Positions 24,935 through 38,170 of a DNA stretch of 57,360 bases are shown here, piece by piece (the first letter of the stretch is position 1; each line of letters starts with the position of its first letter). The notes under the pieces were generated by a model, which worked only from the letters and a program-made list of their open reading frames with translations, was not told the origin of the DNA and made no database searches. The position numbers and the translations under genes are program-made. This DNA comes from Thelocarpon superellum (taxonomy: Eukaryota): positions 1-57,360 of the forward strand of contig JAPEUG010000070.1 in the NCBI GenBank assembly GCA_026025795.1, written 5' to 3'.

Positions 24935-27900
24935 TCATGCGATCGCAGTCAGGGTGATGTCGTCGAGGTAGATCGAGTAGAGACCGTCCGCATCCGGTGT
25001 ACCTTGGCACTGGACTTGAATCACCAGCTCCTCCGCAGTAGACGATACCGGGCCGAATCGTCCCGTGATCTTCTGGTACCCAGGCGTATCATCGTCCAGG
25101 TTGGTGAAGGCGACAGGGTACCCGCCCAAGGTGAAGATGGCCAAACAGTAGTTATCGGGCGTTCGTTGCCGCGTGAAAGCGGCGAATTGGTACGTGGTTC
25201 CGGGGCAGATGGAGAGTGTCTGGGTGATGCTGATTGTATCTGTGGTTGTCAGCGCTGTCACCAACGCTTGACGTGAGCCCGAGTTGGCTGGATTGGCCGT
25301 CGTGCTGATCACGCTGCTGACGTTCGGGCTGCCGCTCAGAACCTGGTCCTGCCACGGGGGAGCATTGAAATATCCATCTGACGCGTTGGTTTCGAAGCCT
25401 GAATTACTGATTGCGGACGGGTAAGCGCAGGCGGAAGCCGTGGATGAAGCTGAGGACGAAGTCGAGGTGTTGGAACTCACAGTCGAAGAGATTGTCGTTG
25501 AGTTCGTCGGGACCGGGATCGAGGTGGCGCCAGTCGAAAGGAAGCCCGAGCTGGAGCTCGTCGAGGTCGCCGTCGTCCCAGAGGTTGTCGAGTTAGCAAA
25601 GGGCGGTATAATTGATGAGGATGATCCCGAACTGGTAGTGCTGTTGCCGCCCTCTGTGGCGGAGGAGAAAGGCGTTGGAGGCGGGGACGTCGAGCTATTA
25701 CTTGACCCGCTCGACCCAGCTGGATTGGGGAGTGTCGTGTTCGTCGTGGGTAACGGTGCAGCGGAGGTTGTCGTGTTGGTGGGGCTCGCGAGACTGGTCC
25801 CGTTGGCACTATAGGAAGGTAGCACCGTCGTTGCATTTGACGACGACGATGGGAACGACGTTGTGTTTGAGGTTGGGAAAGGGGGCGCCGACGATGTCGC
25901 GTTGGTGGGGCCGGCAGGGCTGGTAGTATTGGAAGAGCTGGTTGTATTTGCACTGGCAGTCGGTGAGGGAGTTGTGCTATTTGTCGTCGGGAACGGGGGC
26001 GACGTCGTGTTGGAGGTCGGGAATGGCGGCGTCGACGTTGTCAAGTTAGCAGAGCTGCTAACATTCGACCCCGTCGTAGGCGACGAGATCGTGATATTGG
26101 TCGTCGGAAACGGGGGCAACGTCGTGTTGGTAGTCGGGAAGGGTGGCGATGTTGTCGCGTTAGCAGAGCTGCTAACATTTGCTCCGGCAGATGGTAGCGA
26201 GATCGTACTGTTCGTCGTCGGGAACGGAGGCGAGGTGGTGTTGGTGATGGGGAAGGGCGGCGCCGTGGTATTGGTCGTGGGGAAGGGGGGAGCTGAAGTG
26301 GTCGTGTTGGCAGAGCTGGTGACGTTGGCAGAGCTGCTAGCGTTCGTCGAAGGAGTTGGTAGCGAGGCCGTGCTGTTCGTTGTTGGAAACGGGGGTGAGG
26401 TGGTATTACTGATGGGGAAAGGGGGTGCGGTGGTATTAGTAGTAGGGAACGGTGAAGCAGAAGTTGTCACGTTCGCCGGGCCGGTGGTGTTCGCAGATTG
26501 GGAAGGTGACGATATTGTGCCGTTCGTCGTGGGGAAAGGCGGCGACGTGGTATTGGAGCTCGGGAACGGCGGGGAGGATGTCGTTGCGTTGGCAGGGCCC
26601 ACAGAGATGGTGCTATTCGTCGTTGGGAAAGGGGGCGACGTCGAATTCGTGGTGGGAAACGGTGGGGCAGACGTCGTTGCGTTCGCAAGCCCTGTAGAGA
26701 TGGTGCTGTTCGTGCCGGATGAAGGCAAGATGACGGTACTGTTCGTCGTTGGGAAAGGGGCTGTCGAATTAGTAGTAGGAAATGGCGGGGCGGATGTCGT
26801 TGCGTTAGTAGGGGCGGCAGAAAGGGTACCATTCGCGCCAGAGGTAGGCAGTGAACTCGTACTATTCGTCGTTGGGAGAGCCGGCGAAGAAGTTGAATTG
26901 GTCGGCAAGACCCCAGTCCCAAATGACGACGGTGCAGACGTTGTCGTCCCATTGGGAGAAACAATTGACGGTGAGATGGTTGCGGTCGTGTTGGTCGGAA
27001 CAGCCGTTGTAATACTGCTGTTGGTGGCAGGTAGCGACGTGGAAGAAGTGACATTCAAGGAGGCCGAGGGAGTGGTCTCTGAAGCGACCGTGCTGGTCGA
27101 GTTGGTAGAAGCAGAGGACGGGCTCGTGATGCTAGATGACGTTGTCCCAGACAAAGATAGAGACGTGAGAGTGCTTGTCAAGCTTGCCGATGAGCTTGAG
27201 GACGAAACGGCTGAGGAGGTTGAGGATGTCCCTGAAACTAGAGAGAAGGTGGTGGTCGTTGACCCCCCCACCGTCAGGATGACGGTGGTCACAACTGCTG
27301 TCGTAAACCCGTCCAGTGTTGTCGTGACATCCTCTTCGTCCAAAACCTGAAGGTATGTCGTCTGCAACGTTCACATGGTCAGCGCCGTCATGTATAAATC
27401 AACTCAAGCACTCACAGTTGGTGCGGCCGTGCCGATGACACTGGTGGTGGCCTTCGCCACACGCAGACAACTGCAGGCACTGGACAGCGCGCTGGCGACT
27501 GATGAGTCTCCCGCGGCATCACGTTTTTCGACGACCGTGGGGTAGGCAAAGGCCGTGGTAGAAGGTGCCGCGGCTTTAGCCGCCTCGAACCATTTCGCTT
27601 CCTCGTCCGACAAATCCCGCTTCGACACGCCACCTGAGGCCTCAACGACTGTCACGACTGTCGACGTAACGGTTGCAGTGTCTCCATTGAATTCCGTGTC
27701 CGTGTAGGTGATGGTGCCAGTGGTATAGGCGGTACTGAGATCCAGTTAGCGAGAATCGGGCCGGGCAACGGGGGCCACGACGAGCATACACGACAGGCGT
27801 AGTATATCCGACGGTTCTTGTAACGAGTGGGATGCTAATATATGTACTGCAAAATGGGCTGGCGTCCGCGGTATCACTGCTCAGGGCACGAAGATAGCCG

Positions 27901-28028
27901 TCTTGCGTACAGAGGAGGCGTTTGGCCAGCGGATCTAAGAGACGATGGGCCAAGGGATTGGCCAGGACGGTCAACGATAGCGACAGAGAACTCCAGGCCG
28001 TGGCCAATTGAAAGAGGGAGGAACGCAT
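24935..28028 (-). CDS. Secreted mucin-like S/T/P/N-rich protein with Cys-containing N-terminus and C-terminal CBM-like beta domain; 2 introns
   Basis: Signal peptide MRSSLFQLATAW.., ASPFCSTYI and LSSACSCL motifs, PPFPTTNST repeats, C-terminal ISNSGFE..W..ITQTLSICPGTTYQF..YLDDITL. Confidence 0.85.
25860..26800 (-). repeat. Coding minisatellite, ~30-bp unit encoding (S/A)PPFP(T/S/I)(T/S)N(S/T)T, about 17 copies in clusters of 2-3
   Basis: Repeat units are visible in the translation of 24935..27367. Confidence 0.85.
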
Positions 28029-30050
28029 GGCGTCCACGAGAAAAAGAGCGTTCGGGAAGGATGGGGGTCCGGTGTTCCAGGGTGGGTTGTCTAGGAGATG
28101 CACCACGGGGACGGTGGGCGTCGAATATATAGACCTCGGAGGGGAGGTCTCCACCGACAGGGTCATGGGAAAGCAGGCCGGTCAGGCCGCATCCGAGAGG
28201 GACCATCCGTCGAGCTGTCTCAACGATGACAGGCCTGGCTCACACTGTGGAAGCCAATGACCAACGGCCTCCGACGATCGACCCATGTCGTGGAATGTTG
28301 CTCTCCACGGCGCCGGCCCAGACCTGGTCACCTCCCCACGGTATCTAGCCAAGGGGTCACAGTGGTGCTGCATGGTTGAGATCAACGCGACCATGGTGCA
28401 GCGAGCCATAGGGCCGGAGGGCCGGTGGACGAGTAGGTCGGCGGGGCAGTGGGTCGCCGCGGCGCACGGGTGAATGCTCGGTGGGGCCCGACGAGGCGTC
28501 GCCGGTGGACTTGGTGTCTGGCTGAAGCTGCTCGGAGCAGGTCGTCACGGTAAGGGTAGGCCAGGCGTGGGAGGGGACGCCAGGGCGCGCCAAGGGAGGT
28601 ACCATCGGAGCTTGTCTCAACGCGCCGCCTCGTCACGCCGTACAGGGAAAAAATACCATTCACATGCGATGGCCCTGCTCCTCCCGTCCGATGCATGGAC
28701 TAGAGGGAGAAGGAAGGGGAGAGGGTGGAGGTGGAGGAGAGGGAGTGGGGGCGGATGGTACGCCAGCTCGTCACGCAATACTACGACTAGTAGTACTACT
28801 CCACCCTTCAATCGGTCGAGCCGGTCAGGGGAGGAAGAGACGGTCGCAGCTCGGACGCGAAGCCACACACGTCGGCAAGCAGCTCGGAAAGCAGCTCGAG
28901 AAACGGATGAAACGAGACAGGCACAGGAATGCATCGGACTTGAGTCCTCCCTTGGGTCCCCAAGCGTGTCCACGCACGATTGGGAAAGGGCCCGTCCGCT
29001 ATCGCCGACCTCTCACAGATTCGCCCTCCACTGCACCGGAGGACTCACGCGTTGCCTCGTTCGGCTCGAGCTCGTCCTTGTCCGAGCAGCGGTCGTTGCA
29101 CGGTGCTGCGGCATCGCCAAATGGAGCAGGGATGAGGCATGACTGCCTGCTTCCGGCCCTCCCAGAATGCTTTCATACCTAATCTTTTACGGTGTAATGC
29201 TGCACGACGATAAGTTTCCAAACGAGCTGGCCCGGGTCAGATCACGTTGTCATTGGCCATAGGCGGACGATGCCGTGCCAAAGGCCACGGCCGAAGTCGG
29301 CCCGCACTGCGTCCCGTCTGGCCACGGGCTTTTCGGATGAGAGCGCAGCCGCTGTACGACGCCATGGTGGGCCTGATCCCAATCATCGTCCCAACGCGGA
29401 GGCGTGGCCCACTTGCGGCTCCTCACAGTGGACCGTGGGTGATGCAGGTACGAAACACGAAATGAGCATTGTGCAACTCGGCAAGCACTGTGTGCTTTGT
29501 GGATGCAGGAGGTCCTGAATGGACATGGTCAAGGGCGGGACCAAGGAAATTCGCGGGCCGACCCAGAAGCTGCAGCTCTGCATTTCGCCTATCTACCCAA
29601 TCGCCACTCGGCCTCGGTGTTTTCCGGGGCCGACTGGACCAATGGCAAGGCAAGTGCCGCAATGGGATAAGGCACGCTCGCCGCTCGTTGCGTCTGTCCA
29701 CCCCTGCACCCGTTGCGTCGCTCTCTCTCGACGACTTGTTATCTCCATCGCGCCGCCCCGACAGTCTCTGCGAGTACCAGTATCTGGGTCAGCACAAATC
29801 ATCCCGCGCCGGGAGGACGCCGCCCACGCCGTCAAGTCTTCTCCACGATTTCTTGCACCACGCCTGAAGTGCGTGGTCCCCTAGACGGCTACGGATCAAG
29901 CGGAGAGGTGGACGCCGCTGCGGCAGCCGCAGCAAGGTTCGGGTAGCGACACGAGGCCATCCCTGGCTTTGAACTCCTTCCCCCTTCCCTCCACCTCCTC
30001 TCTGGCCTGCGTTTCGCCCGGCGCGACGTTGGCGCATTCTTTGCAAGACC

Positions 30051-30800
30051 ATGGGCATCTGTTCCTCCTGCCTAGGCCACGCTCGTCAATACGACCAGAT
30101 CCATGTGAGCCTTACCTCGAAGCAGTCGTCCACCTTGTGACCGCCTGTCGGCCGTCGCCCATCCCGTTCACGCTTTCCGAGCTCTGTGTGAAGCTGACCG
30201 TTGCGCCCCTTGCTTGCCCGGTGTGCAGGACTCGGAGAGGTCCCGACTTCTCTACGAGGACCCCAATCACCCTCGCTATGGCGCCCTCCACGGCGAAGCA
30301 CCACCCCTGGGCACTCAGATCGAACCACAAGACCTCCAGCGCGAGGAGGCGACGTTACGACGCATCGTAGCGCAGACATCCGAGTCAGTCTTGCCCCCTC
30401 CTCCCGGCCGCCCTTCGCATGACGGTGCCTCGATGACGTGACTAATCTCGGCCGTAGCAATTTCTTTGACATCTTCGCCTTCCAGCGTGCTGGCACCGAC
30501 ATGGCCCCGCCATCGCCGGGCGTCTCTCACGAGACCGTCCCGGCCCACTACCAGCGCCTCCTGCACCAGCTCGAGAACCCCTTGATAACTTTTAGATCCA
30601 CCGTGGCGGCGGTCCCGGCCCCGGCCCACCATCGCTCTCCTCCTGGCACGGAGTCGACATGGCATGATGAGGCCGGCGACGCTGCCGTTACAGTGCCCAT
30701 GCACGTAAGGGATGTCAATAGCAGCCACGTTGGAAACGTCGTTGGGAGATTCGTCGACCTGCAAGGCGCGGTGCGATCTGCCAAAGCCTCCCAGGCCTAG
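30051..30800 (+). CDS. LAMTOR1/Ego1-like lipid-anchored vacuolar adaptor, ~183 aa; exons 30051-30104, 30229-30383, 30458-30800
   Basis: MGICSSCLG (G2 plus Cys lipidation motif), ERSRLL dileucine-type signal and LRRIVAQTSDNFFDI. Canonical introns keep the frame. Confidence 0.8.
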
Positions 30801-32661
30801 CGGCGAGGTGCATGACGCGCCTCCGGTCGATCCCCCCATCTTCTGTACACCACTCTTCGCCTCTACCTCTGCCTTCATTGATGTGATACCCTACGGGTCT
30901 GTGCGCAACAGGCGTATGGCGATCCCCATGCTTTGGCGAAGATTTTTGATCTCGGTAGCTAGCATCAGGCATCGGAAGGACGTTTGCTCTTGCCAGGTCC
31001 GCCTGCTGTGAAACGTCTCTTGATATCGCTCGAATCTGCTTCGCACAGGAAAGCTTCTGTGCACCGGATTGCAGGCTGTAAGCCATCGTGAAAAAGGCTT
31101 AGGCGATTAACACCGCAGGTGTCACCCACGGCCGACACCTTCACCAACATCCCTAGTAGTGGATCCCAGCGCACTGGTACGCTTCGACGCCACTACCGGC
31201 CTAACGAAGATCGTCGGCCCCTTGTCTCGAAGGGAGTTCTCTGCGGGAAGGGGCACAACTTCCAGCGGATTTTGTGGCGCGGTCGAAATTCTAGACATGT
31301 CCTTGGACAAGAAAGCCACTCTTGCAACCATCCTGATGACTTGAACAACAACTTGGTCCCCCGTTCTTCTTTTGCGCGTCCGGCCAATTACGCCATAAAA
31401 CATACGGAATACGACATCATAGGTAATTGTGCGCGGTTACGCTGACCCGCTCCCGACGTCGTATCTATCACCGTCGAACCTGAGAGAGCAACGAGTTGCG
31501 AACGACCGAGCTCAGTCTCCAGTCGACGCGTTTTGCGTCGTATTCATTCGCTCGAGGGCGGTAGACGGGACCTGCTTGCCACCTCGGAGAGACCGAGTGG
31601 CGTAATCACGCCTTGCCGACGCCATCGTCTTGGGGAGTCTCCCCGGTCTCAAATCGCCTGCGAACGATCTAATCGGGACCCGTCCAGCCATGAAACCTTC
31701 CTCCGTCACTTTTGGCCCTCGATCTAAGTCAACGCAAACTCAACATTGAGCCTTGTTGATACATTGGCTCACTGTGTGGATCTCGTATCGTGCTTCCAAA
31801 TATAGCTGCCACCCCTCAGGGCAAGAGCCATCCATGGTTCCTTTAAGATCGCCGACTACGGCGGCTACTATCTGTGCTCTTCAGGAGACAAGCTTGAGTC
31901 ACCGGAGAAAGTTCGACGGCCGTCAAGGTGATATGCTTGTCTTCCCATGTTCATCCTTGACCAACCTCAAGTTCCATTCTGAAGTCTTAGACAGCCTGAG
32001 CCTCCGCCGACGAAGCCCACGTCTCTCCCAGCTTGATACGGTCTTGGATCATCTCTCGCCATAAGGTTGCTACTCTAAGTCTCCGGGCTTGTTAGTCTCG
32101 CGCTGTTGCGCACGAGACAAGGAGAGATCCACCGGATGGTGCAAGGATCCCGCCGTGCGGCTGCACCAAGGTCAGCGGTCGGCAGGAATCTGACGGTCAA
32201 GGACATCATGTCGAGCGTGGTGGCGAACAGCAGCGCCGTGGCCTAGCTAGTGACACAACAAAAGCCATCGCTGCGTTACTTCCTTCATTTGGACCAACCC
32301 GGCCGATTTCATGGATTGAGAGCCTCTGCCTCATTTTGGTGACACACCGTTACCTTCATCGCTGTGTGTTTGTAGTTGCGCGCAGCGAGTTTCTTGCCGG
32401 AGGATGCGTACGAATACACGCCAAGTCTATCATCGATCGTCGCGGCCCCCGGCTCCTGAACGCACGGATAACGAAGTCAAGAACAGACGACTTTATGAAC
32501 GATATATTCTGGAGCTTAGAGGCCACGAGCTGGGAAGCCACGAGCTGCGACGTTCAATGACAGACTTGGCGTTCGCCTATTAAGCAGAGGCTGAGTCCAT
32601 CATCGAACGCAAGATGTGATCTGGAGCTAGGAGCAACGACGTGCAACAAAATTCTTAGCCT

Positions 32662-32752
32662 TGTAATAGCGCGCACGTGACCTGGTCACGTGCCCACTCC
32701 TATTACTATCCCAGACTACGCGTAGATTAGCAATTCAGCTCTGATTCCTACA
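32662..32752 (+). mobile_element. 91-bp TG...CA mini-element (solo-LTR/TRIM-like), copy 1
   Basis: TGTA...TACA ends with perfect 4-bp TSD GCCT/GCCT. 85/91 identical to 55821-55911. Confidence 0.8.
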
Positions 32753-33232
32753 GCCTTGATTTTCTGTGTGGGTTCTCCGCTTAGGCCACTGCGGTTCGAA
32801 CCCGCCCGGGTTCAGCGCTCTAACATAATGAGGTTGCTTATGTAATCAGATAATGGAACCGAGAACGGAAAACGGAGAACGACTCATCGTCTTCTCAGTA
32901 ACATACCTGGCGCTCATCCCGACGGCAGAGCAAGCTCGTCTATGCTGGCCGCTAGCACGATTTAGCTAGGTTCGTATTTTCGTAGCCGCCGGTCCCCTCC
33001 GTGCCAAACGGAACGTCTCATCAATCCTCCTCTCTTACCGGAAGTCGGCCTACATGCTCCTCAACAGCGCGGCAGACCGTATGAGCAAAGAATACGAGGC
33101 TCTTCATTGGCTAAGGGCAAAGGGAGCGTGCGTGTTATCGCCTCTAGGCAACGTTACAGAAGCATCCCCCGATGACAAGGACCGTCCCAAGCATGCCGGC
33201 GTGTTCGTCTGACTAACCCCACCTTTCCCCGT

Positions 33233-33571
33233 TCAAGATCCAAATTGAACAGCCCGCCGTTCTTTTTCCTTCTGCAAATCGTGGATCTCGGCATCAAGCA
33301 CCCTGATATTTTCGTAGGCGCGGTCGATGGAAGCTTTGAAGCGCGCGCCCTCGGATTGCCAGCGGCTGATCCGCTCGGCTTCTGCGGCCCGCCGGCGCAT
33401 CTTGGTGTCGATCCTCTCGCACGTCTTACATTTGTTCCCGATACGATAGGTGGTCATGACGAGTTTCATGCCGCACGTCTCGCCGGTGCGGTACTCGTGA
33501 TTGCAGTGTTGACGGAAGTGGCCCCACTTCCAGTCGTCGCAGGCGAAGAGATGCTGATCGAAGAAACACAT
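33233..33571 (-). CDS. Small Cys-containing fungal hypothetical protein (112 aa); probable 5'-UTR intron
   Basis: MCFFDQHLFAC..WGHFRQHC..TGETCGMKLV..CKTC followed by a coiled coil. Upstream gtaagt..ctgac..cag intron at about 33656-33608. Confidence 0.8.
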   Translation of the reverse strand: MCFFDQHLFACDDWKWGHFRQHCNHEYRTGETCGMKLVMTTYRIGNKCKTCERIDTKMRRRAAEAERISRWQSEGARFKASIDRAYENIRVLDAEIHDLQKEKERRAVQFGS

Positions 33572-36500
33572 GCTGTTTCAGATGTCGACGGGCAAGAGAT
33601 TGTATGCCTGGAAGGTCAGGGGCAGGACCAAGTCGTGACCAGACGCGAGCACTTACCAAGACGCTCGAGGTCGGATGCGTTCGACGTTAGCGACGATCCG
33701 CGACGTGGACGAGCGGTGACGGCGGACGAGAGTGAGGAATGTTTCGGACCTGGATGAGGAATGTGGAGAATGATCGATGAGGAATGCTGCTGAGACGTTT
33801 TCCGGGGGTGCGGAGGTCAGGAGCCGCACCGCTGGGGGTATTTATGTCGGAGCGGTCTCCAGCCTTGCTTTCGTTTCTGGATAACAATGACCCCGGGTTC
33901 CGCGCTCTCTTCCCACCCTCCCGAACACTCTCATCCCGTCACTGCCGTGGTCAGCCAACGAAAAGGAAGAGAAGGATGAAGTGACAACACACCATGCGAC
34001 ATCCTGGTCTTCAGCTTTACCGTCACAACCACCTCGAAAGAACTGCTGCAAGGCCTACCGCCATCACCATGCGGAAGATGCCCCTTTGGTCACCTTATGC
34101 GCAGATCGGCTTGGTTCGCTTGCTACCTGGCGATGGTTCGGTACCGGGGCATTAGTTGCGGCCTAGGCCGCCATTCCTCTGGACGGCACGCACTCCTGAC
34201 CTATGGTTCCTTCTTGAAGCCCCTGATGTTGCTGCTTTCCTGGTCCTGCTCTCCATCACGTGTGCCGGAGGTGTGGCAGCTGAAGTGGCACCCTACTGTT
34301 CCCGTCGCGCGCCAATGCACTAGGTTGCATTCCTGGTGCGTCAACATCGGCTCCTTTCACGAATATATCCCAGCCACGCTTTCCACGGAAGAACCGTACC
34401 CGATGAGCGCATGGTGGCGCGGTGGGGCCGTGGAATCATTGACCGGTCAACGCTACATGGCCCATGATGACTGGACGATAGCAAGACCGATCCGACATGC
34501 GTTGAGGTGACCAGGCTCCACGCTCCCGCCTCCTTCGCCCGCTGCGCTGACCCAGACCGCACGCTGCGTATACCGCATGGCCACCCCCCCTCCTCCCTGT
34601 GCAGTCCGATCGTCGTTCGATTCGACACCGTGCCAACTTGCACACTGGTTCGAGAGCCCTGCAATGGGCCTGGCTCCCTGGGATGCTTGGCTGGAGGGTG
34701 AACCGTGGTAACTTGTCTGTACGATGCATGCGCGATATTGTGGCGTTATCCAACTTGCCGGGGTCTGCATGCCCTCGTGGTTGACGAGGCTAGGGTCTAC
34801 GATGCGGCCAGTGATGCGATAGAGAGCGCCAACCCCTTGGGGCTGTTTACATGACGCCAGTGCTCGGCCCACCATGACCAGCGCGCCAATGCGTCGATGG
34901 GGAGCCCGAGCCGGTCTATCCTAGGTGTACACTGGCCTTCGTGGCTTCCACCGGGACGGCCGAGACACCAATGGCCGACTCTTTCGTGACGCATTGCTTT
35001 GGAGGGCACACCACCCTCCTGCGAAATTGGCGCAGGCGGCTGGGATGTTGTGCGGGCGTGCAGCAAGGCAGCCACCGGAGGCGCTCAAGTGTGCCAGAAG
35101 GGAGGTTTCTGCCTCATCCACAGCCAGTATCTCTGGCGGGACAAGCTCACCGCCACTTGGGCGTGCATCAAGGTGGACGCGCGTGGATCAAAACAATGAC
35201 CTGCCCACGTAGCGATGCCCAGCTAGGACGATGGTGCATGTCACCCGGATCGACACGGACGGAGGCGGAGGGTGTGGTGGCGCGAGGGCACGGTGCCTCT
35301 GGCAAGGACCTCGCCGGGACGGCACTAGGTTTAGTCGATGGCGGGGGGGCGGTGTTGGCACCCCCGACCGCAGCCATAGGCCGTTATTTTCCAACGCGAG
35401 TGGCTCTTGAACGAGAAAGTACTCTGGGTCGAGAGTAAACACCGTCCGCTTGGGACCAGGCTATGCGAGAAGTGGAGGATGAGGAAGCGAGGGGAGCAAA
35501 TGGTGCGACTGCGGCCAGTCAACAAGCGCCTAGGGTTCACGCGGAACTACACCATATCCCGATTGCTTCTTCAGACGTCATAATCGGCGCGGCTGCACCC
35601 CGCAGCGCGGTACCTGATCCTCGGGTCCTGCTCTATCCGATGAACGACGGAGGCTGGTTGAGGCAGGCCAGGGCGGAGCAAATAGGAAGGGCAGATGAGG
35701 GTCTGGAGGAGATAGAGTATCGGGGCGTGGACGAGGAGGGTGGGATCCAGTGGGCTGATTGGTTCAGGCGTCTCCTCACCAGTCGCCCGGGGCCCTCCGG
35801 AGGGCCAGCCAATGACGGCGGCGCGGGGACGTGTGGTGCATGTTGATGGGGGATGCGGTGTCATGGACCTTTGAGTTTGGTTGGTTCTACGGATCGCATG
35901 GCCGACCCGGCCTGCCGGGTGCGTCGCCGTCGCTCTACAGGAGTCCCATGCATCAGGCTACTGCCAACGCTGGGTCCACAAGGCGACCACGGCGCCGGGA
36001 GCACCTTGGGCTCGCCACACGGGTCGCCAGCTGGTCTACTTGTACGGCATAAGCTGAGGCCCCGCCAGGACCTCGAGGCGGGAGTGTTGACTTGCGTAAT
36101 GTCAGGTGAACGATTGTACGAGAGGTATATGAGGACTCGTGCATGCAAGCACGGAGTGCAATGGGGGGCCAGGCTAACTCCGTTGGAGCACGGGGTGTTG
36201 TGTCGCAGTTGACGCTGACCAGTCCACAGTCATGGGCTCGCGTCGCTTGGCCTTAGTGGCGGTCGCGGCACCTTTGTAGCGAGGGCCGCGAGAGGGTCGA
36301 TGCCTATCGATGAGCAACCCCCGCGGCCGCCTGGGCCCCGCCTCGTGCTCTCGACGCCAACGACGCCAACGACATTAGGCACGGCATCATCCGCTCATCT
36401 CAACGTCGATGACCACCGCCAGTCACGCCGATGTGCTTGCACGTCTCATACCCCAGGACGCCAGGTAGCGGTCAAGGGTCCGGTCTTGTTGCTATCCCAA

Positions 36501-36630
36501 GAGCTGTGTGGTGACGACTCCCTACTCTTCACCTCATCTGATCAGCCGACCTTCGCCGTCTCCGTTTCTTTCGTTATTCGTTCCACCCTCGGCGACGCCG
36601 GAGTTTGGATGGTCCTCCGATGGGCTCATC

Positions 36631-37488
36631 ATGGACCTGACGGATGAGCCGCATCCATCCCTCTTGGCCCTCTGCGATGAGCTGCTCTTACACATCTTCG
36701 CCTTCCTTGATGTTCCTGAACTGTTGAACTCGTCACGAGTAAGCGACGGCGTGGTGATGGGAGCGATCCTGAGTCAGTGACTGACCGAGCGCCAGACGTG
36801 CCACCGTCTCCGGCACATCTCGCTGGATCCGATCCTGCACCAGCATCGACTGCACCATGCCTCGCAGTGCCTCTCACACCAGCTCGACCGACGACGCTCG
36901 CTTTCCTCTCTCCTTCCGCCCACGTCGACCATCTACCTCTCGCGGACTCACTCGGCCGCGCGGGCGCTTTCTCGCTCACTGATCGCCATTCGCCTCAACC
37001 GGTCGCTCTCGCACCGGCCGTCGGCCTCCTCGCTCGTGACGTCCAACATCCTCCCGTCGGAGTGCTGCCGCCACGATGCCGCGACGGGCGAGGTGATCTA
37101 CGGCGGGGGCGTTGCACCACTCCTGGTTGGGGCACGACGCAGCGTGGAGCGTGAACGGGTCAAGGACCGGCTCCGTGGCAGCGTGGGGGCACGCAAAGGC
37201 CGCGAAGTGGCGGAGAAGCGCGGCTGGATCTCCGCCGCGGGCAGTTCTGGCGCACGTGAGGAGCGCGAGCGGCCCAATGTGCGAAACATGGCGGCCCGCT
37301 TTGCCCGGCGGGCTCGCGTAGCCACGTCGGAGGCTTCAGGGCGCGAGGCCGGCTCTTCTCGCTGGGGCCGTGCTGTAGCGGCTGCCAAGGAACGCGAGAA
37401 GGCGCGGGCGCTGGAAGCTCCAACACGCGCCAAAGTCTTGGGTCTTCGTAGATTCTGGGAGAGTGTTGGGCGGGCGAGCGTCGTCTGA
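36631..37488 (+). CDS. F-box domain protein; 1 intron
   Basis: LLALCDELLLHIFAFLDVPELLNSSR|TCHRLRHISLDPILH joined across a gtaagc..ctgac..cag intron. C-terminal PTRAKVLGLRRFWE. Confidence 0.85.
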
Positions 37489-38170
37489 CAGGATCTCTCT
37501 TTTCTTGGGCCATCGCCTTTGTGCTTTCGCTCCCTCTGCATCCACCCTCCTGTCCTTTCTCTCCTCCGCCTCTTCCTCTCCACCTTGCATATTCTCGTAG
37601 AAGCGCCGTGGTGCATATCTTGAATAGGCGTCGCAATCTATCCGGCCTGATTTGTTGGCTCAAGCCTGCACGCTGTCCGCAGAGTATTTTCACGGGTCTG
37701 CTGTTACGAATATGCGCTTCAACTCTGCCGCGCTGGAGCGATATGCCATCTCCTCTCCACCGATATTGCTCCACAACGTGTCCATTCTCCACTCTTAACT
37801 ATTTGTTGCGCTGCGAGAATACAGTGTAGATAGTATTAAGACTAGCTATTAAAACTCTGCTTGGGTCTCTCCATACCAATTATATGGGAACCAGCAAAGC
37901 AGCATTTCCTGCTCCGCCTTCCATGACCAACTGCTGATTATGTCATCTTCCAACAACATTCCGCCACCCATTGGGGCACGCCGCGTCGCCAAGAAGATGG
38001 TGACTAATGTCGCTGACTAACACTCTATAGCTCTTACGCATAGTTGCACTGGCGGTTGATACGTCACAACTGACTCCAATAACTCGACGCTGTCATAGTA
38101 TGATGAGTATCGAGTGCCAGGCGGAGCCCAAACACTCGCACTCGCTCACTAGGAGACGCTGGTGAGAGCC

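Noticed and set aside
25863..27350. 495-aa Val/Gly-rich plus-strand ORF
   Set aside because: Antisense shadow of the repetitive mucin-like gene.
32790..32825. GGTTCGAACCC B-box/T-loop-like motif beside the mini-element
   Set aside because: I could not fold a tRNA cloverleaf or find an A-box. It may be a repeat terminus but is unsupported.
35463..35846. 127-aa ORF in the long intergenic region
   Set aside because: No recognisable motif or splice support, and such ORFs are common in GC-rich DNA.
38000..38080. TGACTAA/TGACTC bZIP-like sites upstream of QNS1
   Set aside because: Short motifs expected by chance, with no conservation data available.
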